This document shows, piece by piece, positions 9,943 to 19,604 of a DNA stretch of 62,437 nucleotides (its first letter is position 1; every line of letters begins with the position of its first letter). The notes below the pieces were generated by a model that did no database searches, was not told the origin of the DNA, and saw only the letters and a list, made by a program, of their open reading frames with translations. The DNA is taken from contig JANNWY010000205.1 of the NCBI GenBank assembly GCA_031409335.1, forward strand, positions 1 to 62,437, in the 5' to 3' direction. This DNA comes from Chthoniobacteraceae bacterium (GTDB lineage: Bacteria; Verrucomicrobiota; Verrucomicrobiia; Chthoniobacterales; Chthoniobacteraceae). A program made the translations under genes and the position numbers.

Positions 9943-10714
9943 ACCGATCCCATCACCCATGCTCGCCGTGCGCGATCTCGCCGTCCACGCGAACGGCCAG
10001 CCGCTCTTGCGCAACGTGAGCTTCGACGTGCAGCCGGGGCACGTCTTCGGCATCATCGGCCCGTCCGGCGCGGGCAAGAGCACGCTGCTGCGGGCGCTGA
10101 ACCGGCTTACAGACTTGATTCCCGGCCTCCGCGTCAGCGGCGATGTCCGCCTGCGCGGCGCTTCAAACTACGCGGACGGCACCGATCTCAATGCCTTGCG
10201 TGCGCGCATCGGGATGCTCTTTCAGCAGCCCGTTATCTTCCCCGCGAGCATCGGGGAAAACGTGCTCTTCGGCGCAAAACGGCTTCGCTCCCTGACCCGC
10301 GTTGAGCGTCACGAAGTGGTCGAACGCGCACTGCGCGAAGCCGCGCTTTGGGACGAAGTGCGCGACCGCCTTCGCACCTCGGCGCTCACGCTTTCCGTCG
10401 GCCAGCAACAACGCCTCTGCCTCGCCCGCGCGCTCGCCGTCGAGCCCGAGGTCATCCTCATGGACGAGCCGACCAGCGCGCTCGACCCCAAGTCCACGCA
10501 GGCCATCGAAGACTTGATCCTGCGCCTCAAGGCGCACCGCACGATCGTGCTCGTCACGCACAATGTCGCGCAGGCCAGGCGCGTGGCCGACTGGCTCGCC
10601 TGTATCTGCATCCGCGATGGCGCTGGCGAAATCGTCGAAAGCGCCTGCTGCGACGCCGTCCTCGGCAACCCACAATGCCGCGAAGTCATCGACTACCTTC
10701 AGCATGCCTCCTGA
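9935..10714 (+). CDS. pstB: Phosphate ABC transporter ATPase
   Basis: GPSGAGKST.LR.LNR, LSVGQQQRLCLARALA, DEPTSALDP, VTHN. Confidence 0.9.
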   Translation: MPEPIPSPMLAVRDLAVHANGQPLLRNVSFDVQPGHVFGIIGPSGAGKSTLLRALNRLTDLIPGLRVSGDVRLRGASNYADGTDLNALRARIGMLFQQPVIFPASIGENVLFGAKRLRSLTRVERHEVVERALREAALWDEVRDRLRTSALTLSVGQQQRLCLARALAVEPEVILMDEPTSALDPKSTQAIEDLILRLKAHRTIVLVTHNVAQARRVADWLACICIRDGAGEIVESACCDAVLGNPQCREVIDYLQHAS

Positions 10715-10902
10715 TCGCGCAGGGTCGGCCACGCCTTTCGCCAATGGTAAAGCGGGCGCGAATGTCTCCACATGCAGCGCCCTGCACGGCGATTTTGCAT
10801 CAGCGGAAAAATAAGATCGCGCTGGAAACTCGTTGGATCACACTGCACCCGATTCCCCTGGACCCGCGCGGCAGTGAAACAAAACAAACCTCAGGAGGCA
10901 TT

Positions 10903-13593
10903 ATGATCACATCGGAATCCACCACGTTCACCCTCGACAACATGGGCAGGTTTCTCTGCAACACCTTGCAGGAAGCCCTCGACAGCGCGGCGCAGTCCGT
11001 CGCCGGACGACGGCGCGAGTTCGACGTCATCGTCATTGGCGGCGGCACGTTCGGCTCCGTCGTCGCCGAGCATCTGCTCGCCACCGATGCGACACGCAGT
11101 CGGCGCATCCTCGTGCTGGAAGCCGGGCCGTTCGTGTTGCCCGAGCACGCGCAGAATCTGCCGTTTGGCGGGGGCGCGCCGGACCTGCGCGTACCTTGGA
11201 CGAGCCATCCGTCGCTCGATTACAAGGGGCTGATTTTCGCCATCGGCGGACGCTCGCTGACATGGGGCGGCTGGTCGCCCGAACTGCTCGGAGAAGAGAT
11301 GACCGGGTGGCCGGCGACGACACGAGATGCGCTGCGCACGCGCTATTTTGGCGAGTCGAGCAAGCAGATCGGCGTGACGGAAACGAACGATTTCATCTAC
11401 GGCCCGCTGCACGTCGCGCTGCGCAAACAGCTTCACGCGGGATTGAAGGCGGGCGTTTCCACCGGCTTCAGTTTCTCCGACTTGCTCGAACATCCCGCGA
11501 TCCGCTATCCCGATGCGGGCGATCCGGCGATCGACGCGGCAGTGCTGAAGGACTGGCTCGGGCTGCCCGCCGCGGACCCGGCGCTCGAACCGGAATTGCG
11601 CGAGCTTTTCAAACTCGAAGCGCCGCTCGCGGTCGCATCCACCACGCTGCCGGGCCTCTTCCCGACGAATAAATACAGCGCCGTGCCCGGGCTCATCAGC
11701 GCCGCGCGGATCGCCGCCACCGAGGCCGACGGCACCGGCGCGGCCGCGGATGCGCGCAAGCGGATCATGGTCGTTCCGAACTGCCACGTGCAGGAACTCA
11801 TCACCGAAACGCAGCCCGATAATTTCGTCCGCGTGACCGGCGTGCGCGTGTGGCAGAATGGCGGTTCGGTCGTCGTGCCGCTCGCGCCGCCGCGCAATGG
11901 CAGGGAAAGCGCCGTCGTGATCGCGCTCGGCACCATCGAGACGACGCGCGTGGCGCTCACCACTTTTCAGCAATCGCTCGCGGGCCGCGCAGCGCAGCGC
12001 ATGGGCGCAAACCTGATCGCGCATCTGCGCTCGAACTTGCACATCCGCGTGCCGCGCGCGGCGATCGCGGCGCATCTCCCGGTGTCGGCGATTCAGAGCC
12101 TGCAATGCTCCGCGTTGCTGGTGAAAGGCCGCGCGGTAAATGGGCGCACGTTTCATTTCCAGATCACCGCATCGGGTTTGGGAAAACTTGGCGCAAATTC
12201 CGAGGCCGAGCTTTTCAGAAAAATCCCGACGCTCGAACACTTCAACGACATGCTGCGCGCGAACGACAACACCGTCGTCATCACCATCCGCGGCATCGGC
12301 GACATGACGGCGCGGAACCCGGACAGCTTCGTCAATCTCTCGACCACCGAGACTGATTTCGACCGTCCGAAAGCCGTCGTTTCAGTCGGCAACGCGAAGG
12401 CGAAACCGGAGAATTTTCCCGGCAGCGCCGCGACCAACAATGACCGCGCGACGTGGGCCGCGATGGATGCCGTCTCCAATGACATCGCGCTCCTCTTCGC
12501 GGGCAGTGAACCGTTTGAAATCCTCGCCGGCCCGAACCACGTCATCCCCGTGCCCGCCGGCACTCCCGCCGCGCGTCTCGCCGCGCTCACCGCATTCACC
12601 GACCGCCGCGACGATCTCGGCACCACGCATCACGACGCCGGCACGATGCGGATGGGCGACGACATCGCCGATTCCGTGACGAACGATTTCGGCCGCATCC
12701 ACGACACCACGAACTGCTACATCGCCGGCCCCGCGCTTTTCCCGACCGTGGGCTCGCCGAACCCGATGCTCACCGGTGTCGCCCTCGCGCGGCGCACCGG
12801 TGACCTGCTCAATGCCAGCGTGCTTCCCGCGCCCGATCCCATCGTCAGCCCGCTGCCGGAGGCCGGCTTTCGCGCGCTCTTCGATGGCACCGCGGCGACC
12901 TTCAAACACTGGCGGCTCGCCGGTCCCGCAGGCGGCGGCATGGCGCACATCGGCGGCGAGATGGTCAGCTACGGCGATGGCGGACTGCGCCTTTTCTACG
13001 ACGCCTCCGAGATGTTCACCGACTTCACGCTGCGTTTGCAGTTCCGCATTTTCGACGCGGCGAAACACAACAGCGGCGTCTTCCTCCGCTTCCCGCGCCC
13101 GACCCACGATCTCACCGCGGCGCTCGCGCTGCGCATCCCGAATGAAAAATTCTACGATGCGAAAAATCCCGCGTGGAAACCTGTGCTCGCGGGCTTCGAG
13201 GTGCAGATCGACGACACCGCGCGCGGCGATTCCAGCAAGACATTTCACGGCATCGACCCCGAGCCCGACGGTCTGTGGAAGAACCGCACCGGCGCGATTT
13301 ACAAAATCCCCGCGGGCGACCGCATCTGGCACCTGAATACCAACGAGCCCGCCACGCAGACCTACACACCCGGCCCCGCGCTCGTGCCCGGCGTGTGGTT
13401 TGAATACGAGATCGTGGTGAGCGGCGATGACTACTCCGTGTTCCTCACGAACACAGAAACCGGCGAGCGCAAACAGACGGCCGCCTTCAAAAACACCGAC
13501 CCCGACCGCGGCCGCGCACCCGGTTTCATCGGCGTGCAGGCGTATTCGGGAAATACCGTCGCGTGGCGGCACATCCGCATCAAGCCGGCGTAG
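10903..13593 (+). CDS. GMC-family FAD oxidoreductase fused to a C-terminal DUF1080 (3-keto-glycoside lyase/hydratase-like) domain
   Basis: AGGAGG RBS before ATG 10903. GMC motifs VIGGGTFG, LEAGP, GGRSLTWGG, HHDAGTMRMG, NPMLT; DUF1080 motifs LFDG, NSGVF, FEVQIDD, TGAIY, GFIGVQ, WRHIRIK. Confidence 0.85.
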   Translation: MITSESTTFTLDNMGRFLCNTLQEALDSAAQSVAGRRREFDVIVIGGGTFGSVVAEHLLATDATRSRRILVLEAGPFVLPEHAQNLPFGGGAPDLRVPWTSHPSLDYKGLIFAIGGRSLTWGGWSPELLGEEMTGWPATTRDALRTRYFGESSKQIGVTETNDFIYGPLHVALRKQLHAGLKAGVSTGFSFSDLLEHPAIRYPDAGDPAIDAAVLKDWLGLPAADPALEPELRELFKLEAPLAVASTTLPGLFPTNKYSAVPGLISAARIAATEADGTGAAADARKRIMVVPNCHVQELITETQPDNFVRVTGVRVWQNGGSVVVPLAPPRNGRESAVVIALGTIETTRVALTTFQQSLAGRAAQRMGANLIAHLRSNLHIRVPRAAIAAHLPVSAIQSLQCSALLVKGRAVNGRTFHFQITASGLGKLGANSEAELFRKIPTLEHFNDMLRANDNTVVITIRGIGDMTARNPDSFVNLSTTETDFDRPKAVVSVGNAKAKPENFPGSAATNNDRATWAAMDAVSNDIALLFAGSEPFEILAGPNHVIPVPAGTPAARLAALTAFTDRRDDLGTTHHDAGTMRMGDDIADSVTNDFGRIHDTTNCYIAGPALFPTVGSPNPMLTGVALARRTGDLLNASVLPAPDPIVSPLPEAGFRALFDGTAATFKHWRLAGPAGGGMAHIGGEMVSYGDGGLRLFYDASEMFTDFTLRLQFRIFDAAKHNSGVFLRFPRPTHDLTAALALRIPNEKFYDAKNPAWKPVLAGFEVQIDDTARGDSSKTFHGIDPEPDGLWKNRTGAIYKIPAGDRIWHLNTNEPATQTYTPGPALVPGVWFEYEIVVSGDDYSVFLTNTETGERKQTAAFKNTDPDRGRAPGFIGVQAYSGNTVAWRHIRIKPA

Positions 13594-13919
13594 CGAGGCT
13601 GTGAATGGCGCACGCGCGTCGATTGATCCGGCTGGAACCTCTCCAAAATGCGCACACACTTTGAGCGGCACCAGTTCAAGCCCGCGCTCACCGAAAGTCA
13701 TTTCACGATGCGCACGCGCAACCGCTGCGACCTCAATTCCGCCTGGGGCACGCGCATTGCGACTTCACTAAACCGCCGCGTGGAGATTCGGTTTTTGCCA
13801 CTTGGCGGTGGGTCAAGGCCCGCCTGCGCGTGAAACGTCTGCGTGTTTTTGCTATCGAATATTCTCCCCTTTTCCGCAGATGAGAAATTCATTTGGTCAC
13901 TCATGGTGGGTTGGTTAGG

Positions 13920-14261
13920 ATGACTTTCGTGAAACCGAGTCCGGATTCAGCCAATGATTTCATCGTGCGCGAACTCGCACGCCTGGCCGCGCAGCGCATT
14001 CTCGAAGCGCCCATGCGGGTGCGAGAGGGGCTGGACCGGCTGGCTCGCTGGCGGGCTTGCGCTGTCGGCAGCGGGCGCGATGCCTCGCTTTCCGAATGGG
14101 AGGAAATTATCCATGCACGGACGCCCGCGGAGATTGCCGGTCTGCTCATCGCGGATACCGAGTATGCGCAACGCCTGCGCTCTTCGATGCCGTTCATCCG
14201 GCCTCCATTTTTTACCGAAGAGGAAAGGCAGGCCGTCATTGCGCGAGCTTTCGCGAACTGA
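13920..14261 (+). CDS. Small hypothetical protein, putative antitoxin partner of the DUF6036-like gene
   Basis: L.RW....EWEEII....EIA.LL.....QRLRSS.PF pattern, which I recognise from proteins preceding DUF6036 genes; overlaps the next ORF. Confidence 0.6.
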   Translation: MTFVKPSPDSANDFIVRELARLAAQRILEAPMRVREGLDRLARWRACAVGSGRDASLSEWEEIIHARTPAEIAGLLIADTEYAQRLRSSMPFIRPPFFTEEERQAVIARAFAN

Positions 14262-14781
14262 CCTCCATCTCGCGCTCGAGACCTGTGCCGCCGCCACGGG
14301 CGAGCGCGAGTACGTCGTGGTCGGGGCGGTCTCGATCGTCGGACCCTGCGCCGCGCCGCCACCGTCGCTGGTGATGTCGGCAGATATTGATTTGTTTCCG
14401 CGTGCCCGTGAAAGCGCCGAAATCAACGCCGCCATCGCAGCGCGCTGCGGAGCAGGCAGCGAGTTTGAGGATGAAAACGGTTTCTACGTCGAAGGCGTCG
14501 GGCGCTGGACACTGCTCTCCGCCCTGCCTGGATGGGAGGAGCGGTTGGTCCGGGTCGAGACTCCTTCGGCTGTTGTAGGCTGGTGTCTCAGCGCGCTCGA
14601 TCTCGCGGTGGTAAAACTCGACGCGGCACGGAAGAAGGATCTCCAATACGTGTAGGAAATGCTCCTGGCGGGAATCGTCCGCGCAGAAGAAATCCGCAAG
14701 GCGACCGAAGCCTGCGCGCCGTGGTTTCAGGCAAAAATCGCCGGAAACCTTGCCGCGCTCGAAAAGCGAACGACTGATTGA
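14239..14781 (+). pseudogene. DUF6036-like nucleotidyltransferase with an internal amber stop
   Basis: YVVVGAVSI, S.DID, LPGWEERLV, CLS..DLAV.KL.A.RKKD, then TAG at 14653-14655. The same frame continues EMLLAGIV... to TGA at 14779-14781. TTG start at 14239 is assumed. Confidence 0.7.
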
Positions 14782-14845
14782 TTTGCCCGCGCACCTCGAC
14801 TGTTTGACAGCATCAGCATCAACACTCCCGCCAAGGTCATCGCCT

Positions 14846-14983
14846 ATGAAACTTGAAGAATACGAATGCGCAAAAACCAAGCGTCGCGCCCAAGCCCGCA
14901 TCTACGAGCAGACCAGAGATCTGACGCCCGAGCAGTTGGTCGGTAAGCGGGGGCTGCCGCCCCATCGGTTTTGGCTTGATTGA
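14846..14983 (+). pseudogene. Small hypothetical protein, probably cut off by an IS66 end
   Basis: MKLEEYECAKTKRRAQARIYEQTRDLTPEQL reads like a real small protein up to about 14942, where GTAAGCG begins. Confidence 0.4.
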
Positions 14984-15262
14984 GTGGCGCGGTTCGATTC
15001 GCGGAGCATAGATTGCGTAGCGAGAAGGCTACGGCTTCTATGCTGCGGCTTGGAGGTCGGCGGTGGCCCTGCGCGCCTTCGCCCAGGCTTGCGGCGTGAG
15101 TTCGGGTATCTGCCGGTTGGTCGCGCGGGGCAGCAGGGTGAGGATGTCGCGCAGGTAGGCGCAGGGGTCCACGCCAAGGCGGCGGCAGTTCTTCCAGACG
15201 GCCCAGGTTAGGCTGTGAATGCGCCCCGCCCCGATCATGGCGCTGTTTTTGCGCCCTGTGAA
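14943..15262 (-). mobile_element. IS66-family remnant (tnpC C-terminus plus a probable right end)
   Basis: Minus-strand GRKN...CRRLGVDPCAYLRDILTLLP..TNRQIPELTPQAW (stop at 15038) matches the IS66 C-terminal domain. GTAAGCG at 14943 matches IS66 termini. Confidence 0.75.
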
Positions 15263-15278
15263 ATGATGGGCTGGGCCT

Positions 15279-15386
15279 TTGGACTGCGGTGATTCCTTCA
15301 CCGCTTTGGGAGAGCGCATCCTTTGAACTCAGGCCTGCCACGACCGAAAAGCGGTGGAGGAATCACCGCAGTCCAGAGCCTTCGGC
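15279..15386. repeat. REP-like palindromic doublet, family A, copy 1
   Basis: TGGACTGCGGTGATTCCTTCACCGCTTT ... AAAGCGGTGGAGGAATCACCGCAGTCCA-GAGCCTTCGGC; a second copy is at 46922. Confidence 0.85.
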
Positions 15387-15387
15387 T

Positions 15388-16293
15388 TTACCGGCACACC
15401 GAAATCGCGGCCCGCATCGTGTGCGTCGCGCCTGGGGCGAGGGTGATCGCACTTTCGCCGACATTGGCGGTTTCGATGCACATCATCGCGGGCCATTCGT
15501 CGTCGCCGAAATCCGCCATCGCCTTCGCTTTCGCGATCCACGGATTCCACACGACGGTCGTGTCGGAGCCGGATTTTTCGACGATGATTTTGCGCGTGAG
15601 TTTTGGATCGTCGAGCACGCAGGCCGTGTGCGTGTTCATGTAAACGCGATCGGTTTCACCCGTGATGCAGAGCGGATCGGCGCCTTGGGTTTTGCGTTGC
15701 AGGCCGTCCACTTTGTCGAGGTACGCGGTGTCCGCCAATCCGGTGATGCTGATCCCGCGCACATCGGCGACGGCGAGGTAGGTGTGGAGCGCTTCTTCGA
15801 ATTCGAACGATTCCGCGGATACGTTTTCGACCTCGAGTTGCATGTCGAGCGATGTGCCAAATCTGATGCGATGGCGCAGGATGAAATCGTGCGGCCAGTG
15901 CGCGCGGGTGGCTTCATCGGAATCGAGCCGGAGGATGAGCGAGACGTTTCCGAGATCATCGGCGGCGAGCGCTTCGACCTTCCACGGCAGCGTCCGCGCA
16001 AAGCCGTGGGCCGGCGAATCCGGCCGCCCCGCGCGTGGACCGAACCACGGAAAAATCACCGGCACGCCGCCGCGGATCGCCTTGCCCGGAGCGAGGTGAC
16101 TCGCCGCGCTGAGGAAAAGCAGCGGCTGCTCGTCAGCCGGTTTGAAGAGGGCGACATGCGCGCCGTGCAGATAGACTTCCGCCTCGCACAGCGGCGTGGA
16201 AATGCGCAGTCGAACCAAGCCGCCGGGCGTGTCTTCGAAGGTGGCGCGATCGGGGATTTCCCATTGCTTGAGATCTAAAGCGGAGATGACCAT
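15388..16293 (-). CDS. D-hexose-6-phosphate mutarotase (YeaD-like aldose epimerase)
   Basis: GAHV, AIRGGVPVIFPWFG, HGFAR, ALHTY, VVWNPW, CIE. Confidence 0.92.
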   Translation of the reverse strand: MVISALDLKQWEIPDRATFEDTPGGLVRLRISTPLCEAEVYLHGAHVALFKPADEQPLLFLSAASHLAPGKAIRGGVPVIFPWFGPRAGRPDSPAHGFARTLPWKVEALAADDLGNVSLILRLDSDEATRAHWPHDFILRHRIRFGTSLDMQLEVENVSAESFEFEEALHTYLAVADVRGISITGLADTAYLDKVDGLQRKTQGADPLCITGETDRVYMNTHTACVLDDPKLTRKIIVEKSGSDTTVVWNPWIAKAKAMADFGDDEWPAMMCIETANVGESAITLAPGATHTMRAAISVCR

Positions 16294-16476
16294 GCGGGAC
16301 GCTACCAGCCCGCCAACTTTCCCGAAAGTCCCAACACATGGGAATGCGTCGGGAGCATGTTTCCGCTGGAAGGCGCCGCTGCGTTGTGATTTGCTCCATC
16401 CAGATGCGGCAGGCAGCCCAAGTGCCACGCCCGCGTTGATTTCGTGTTATCGAAAAAAACCACCATTAGCGACAAG

Positions 16477-19400
16477 ATGCGATTCCCGCATCCGCCACGC
16501 GAGTATGCCGGTTACATCCTCGCAGCCGCCTACTCCGCTTTGGTCTTCGTGGGCATGTGGCATCTGCACGATGAAAGTGCGGCGGGCAGGATCGACGCCG
16601 TGCAGACAGCCGTCCACATCCTGCTGCTCGCGACGATCGGCGGGACGACCATTTTTCTATACCGGCTCGCCCGGCGCGTGCGCGCGGATGTGCAGGAGAA
16701 AAAGCGGCTCCTCCAGCGGTTGGCGGATCGCGAGACGACGTATCGCGCGATGTTCGACAATGCGATCGAGGGCATGTTTCAGACGACGCCAGACGGCGAG
16801 TTCATCACGGCAAACAATGCTCTCGCGACCATGTATGGCTTCCTGTCGCCAAAGCATCTGATGGAGCACATGCAGGACATCGGGCGCGGGCTGTACGTCG
16901 ATCTCGCGCGGCGGGCGGCGGCGTGTGCCGGGCGGGGAGCGGAGGATGCCACCTTGAATCGCGAGGTGGAGACTGTGCGCGCGGATGGGCGCACGCTTTG
17001 GCTGCGGGTGAATGCGCGCGCCGTCTGCGATGCCGACGGACATCTGCTGCATGTGGAGGGCACCGTGGAAGACATCTCGGCGCGGCACTGGGCGGAGCAG
17101 CGGCGGCGGCTGCACGAGGCGGCGCATCGCGTACTCAGCGATGCGGCGTCCGTGACCGAGGCGCGGCCAAAAATTCTCGAAAGCATCTGCGACATCCTCG
17201 ATTGGAAAATGGGTGCGGTGTGGGATGTGGATGCCAGCGAGGGGCTGCTGCGCTGCGTGGAAATCTGGCAGACGCCGGATATCGACATCGCGGAATTTGA
17301 AGCGGCAAATGTGCGCACGACTTCCGCGCCGGGCGCTGGCCTGGCGGCCGAGGTCTCCACCAGCGGGCGGCCAAAATGGATCGCGAATCTCGCGGCGGAC
17401 GCCTATTTCGCGAATGCGCAGATCGCGGTGAAATCGGGCATGGGTTCCGCGTTTGGCGTGCCGATCACGGTAAATGGCGAAGTGCGGCACGTGCTGGAAT
17501 TTTTCAGCCCCAAGGGCGCATCGCACGATCCCGAGTCACTGCAAACGCTGAACACGATCAGCAGCGTACTGGGCCGCCTGATCGAGCGGAAGAACGCCGA
17601 GCAGGCGCTGCGGAAGAGCGAGATGCGGAAGGCGGCGATGTTCGATTCCGCGCTGGATTGCGTGTTCAGTTTTGGCGTGGACCGGACGATCGAGAGCTTC
17701 AATCCCGCAGCCGAGCGCACGTTTGGATTCACCGCGGAGGAGGCGATCGGGCGCGATGTGGTGGAGCTGATCGTGCCGGAGGAATTGCGCAAGATTCAAA
17801 AGCGCGCGCTCGCGTATTTTGAGGCGTCCGCAAAGTCCGGCCTGCAAGTCGGCAGGCATTTTGAAATTCATGGCCTGCGCAGGGATGGCTCCGAGTTTCC
17901 AGCGCAAGTGTCGGTCGGCCGCATCGTCATCGACGGCGCGCCGCTCTTCACGGTCTTCCTGCACGACATCACGCGCCGCAAAGACGCCGAGCGCGCCACC
18001 TCCGAACTGGCCGCGGTGGTGGCGAATTCCAATGACGCGATCATCGCCTGCACGCTCGATGGCACGATCCGGAGCTGGAACATCGGCGCGCAACAAATCT
18101 ACGGGCATACCGAGGCTGAAGCGGTCGGGCAATCGCTGGCGATGATCCTGCCACCGGACAAGCTCGACGAGTTTCCGCAAATGCTCGCGACGGTGAAGCA
18201 GGGCAACAGCCTGGCAAACTACGAAACCGTCCGGCTGCGGAAGGACGGCAGGAAGATCGGCGTGTCGCTGACGGATTCGCCGATCCGCGATCGCGAGGGA
18301 AAAATCACCGGCGTCTCATCCATCGCACGCGACATCACCGAGCGCAGGCGGCTCGAGGAAGAGTTGCGGCAATCTCAAAAAATGGATGCCGTCGGCCGGC
18401 TCGCGGGCGGCATCGCGCACGACTTTAACAACATCCTGACGGTGATCGTGGGATACAGCGACCTGCTGATGGATCAAATCCCCGATCCGCAGCCGCAGCA
18501 CAAACATCTCGTGCAAATCCGCAAGGCCGCGGATTTCGCGACCGCGCTCACGACGCAACTGCTCGCTTTCAGCCGGCGCCAGGCTCTCAACCCGCGGGAT
18601 TTCTCGCTGAATGAAACCGTGCGCGATCTTCAGAAAATTCTTCAACGCGTGATCGGCGAGGACATCAAGGTCGTCACGGAACTGCGCGCGCAGCTCGGGC
18701 GCATCAAGGCGGACCCCGGCCAGATCGAGCAGGTGCTGCTCAATCTTTGCGTCAATGCGCGCGACGCGATGCCACGCGGCGGATCGATCGTCATTTCCAC
18801 CGAGGACACGACCTACGCCCTCGACGACGCGGATGCCGAGGCGACGATGCCCGCGGGTGAATACGTGAAGCTGACGATCGCGGACACTGGCAGCGGCATC
18901 CCACCCGAAGTGATGACGCATATCTTCGAGCCGTTTTTCACCACGAAGGAAAAGGGGCACGGGACTGGCCTGGGACTGGCCACCTGCTACGGCATCGTGA
19001 AGCAGAGCGGCGGTTTCATTTCGCTCAAATCCACGGTCGGCAAAGGCACCACGTTTTCGATCTACCTGCCGCGCGTGGATCGCGTCGGAGGAAAGGCACC
19101 GCTCTACCAGGCGCCCGGCGATCTGCCGGGCGGCCACGAGACGATCCTTTACGTGGAGGATGAAATCACCGTGCGAAATGTGACTGCGCAAATCCTGCGC
19201 GGGCTCGGATACACCGTGCTCGAGGCGGGCGATGGATCGACGGCGCGTGAAGTATTGGAAACCGAGACCGGTCGCGCGATCGACATGCTGTTTTCCGATG
19301 TCGTGCTGCCGGATTCCGGCGGGCGCGAACTTTCCGACTGGGTGCGCGCGCGCAGCCGGATGACGAAGCTGCTTTTCACCTCGGGATACATCGACGAAAG

Positions 19401-19515
19401 CATCCTCCGGCGGCACGGCGTGGAGCGGGACACGGCATTCCTACAGAAGCCGTTTTCGCCGATGCAGCTCGCCAAAAAAGTCCGCGAGACGATGGATGCC
19501 GGCGGCGATTCGTGA
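16477..19515 (+). CDS. Hybrid sensor histidine kinase (TM-PAS-GAF-PAS-PAS-HisKA-HATPase-REC)
   Basis: [42 protein letters not shown], receiver ILYVEDE. Confidence 0.92.
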   Translation: MRFPHPPREYAGYILAAAYSALVFVGMWHLHDESAAGRIDAVQTAVHILLLATIGGTTIFLYRLARRVRADVQEKKRLLQRLADRETTYRAMFDNAIEGMFQTTPDGEFITANNALATMYGFLSPKHLMEHMQDIGRGLYVDLARRAAACAGRGAEDATLNREVETVRADGRTLWLRVNARAVCDADGHLLHVEGTVEDISARHWAEQRRRLHEAAHRVLSDAASVTEARPKILESICDILDWKMGAVWDVDASEGLLRCVEIWQTPDIDIAEFEAANVRTTSAPGAGLAAEVSTSGRPKWIANLAADAYFANAQIAVKSGMGSAFGVPITVNGEVRHVLEFFSPKGASHDPESLQTLNTISSVLGRLIERKNAEQALRKSEMRKAAMFDSALDCVFSFGVDRTIESFNPAAERTFGFTAEEAIGRDVVELIVPEELRKIQKRALAYFEASAKSGLQVGRHFEIHGLRRDGSEFPAQVSVGRIVIDGAPLFTVFLHDITRRKDAERATSELAAVVANSNDAIIACTLDGTIRSWNIGAQQIYGHTEAEAVGQSLAMILPPDKLDEFPQMLATVKQGNSLANYETVRLRKDGRKIGVSLTDSPIRDREGKITGVSSIARDITERRRLEEELRQSQKMDAVGRLAGGIAHDFNNILTVIVGYSDLLMDQIPDPQPQHKHLVQIRKAADFATALTTQLLAFSRRQALNPRDFSLNETVRDLQKILQRVIGEDIKVVTELRAQLGRIKADPGQIEQVLLNLCVNARDAMPRGGSIVISTEDTTYALDDADAEATMPAGEYVKLTIADTGSGIPPEVMTHIFEPFFTTKEKGHGTGLGLATCYGIVKQSGGFISLKSTVGKGTTFSIYLPRVDRVGGKAPLYQAPGDLPGGHETILYVEDEITVRNVTAQILRGLGYTVLEAGDGSTAREVLETETGRAIDMLFSDVVLPDSGGRELSDWVRARSRMTKLLFTSGYIDESILRRHGVERDTAFLQKPFSPMQLAKKVRETMDAGGDS

Positions 19516-19604
19516 ATGAAAATCGCGCCCTCCGCAGCCAGCAGATTCGGAGTGGGAAAGTGGACACTGATGGGCTACGAAACGATCGCCCGCCGCATCC
19601 ATCC

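Noticed and set aside
13594..13900. Possible ncRNA or small ORF downstream of the GMC fusion
   Set aside because: I could not recognise any RNA family, stable long stem or credible protein.
14653..14655. Amber recoding or pyrrolysine readthrough
   Set aside because: TAG is a normal stop for several intact genes here (ending at 6552, 8211, 13593), and no pyl genes are seen.
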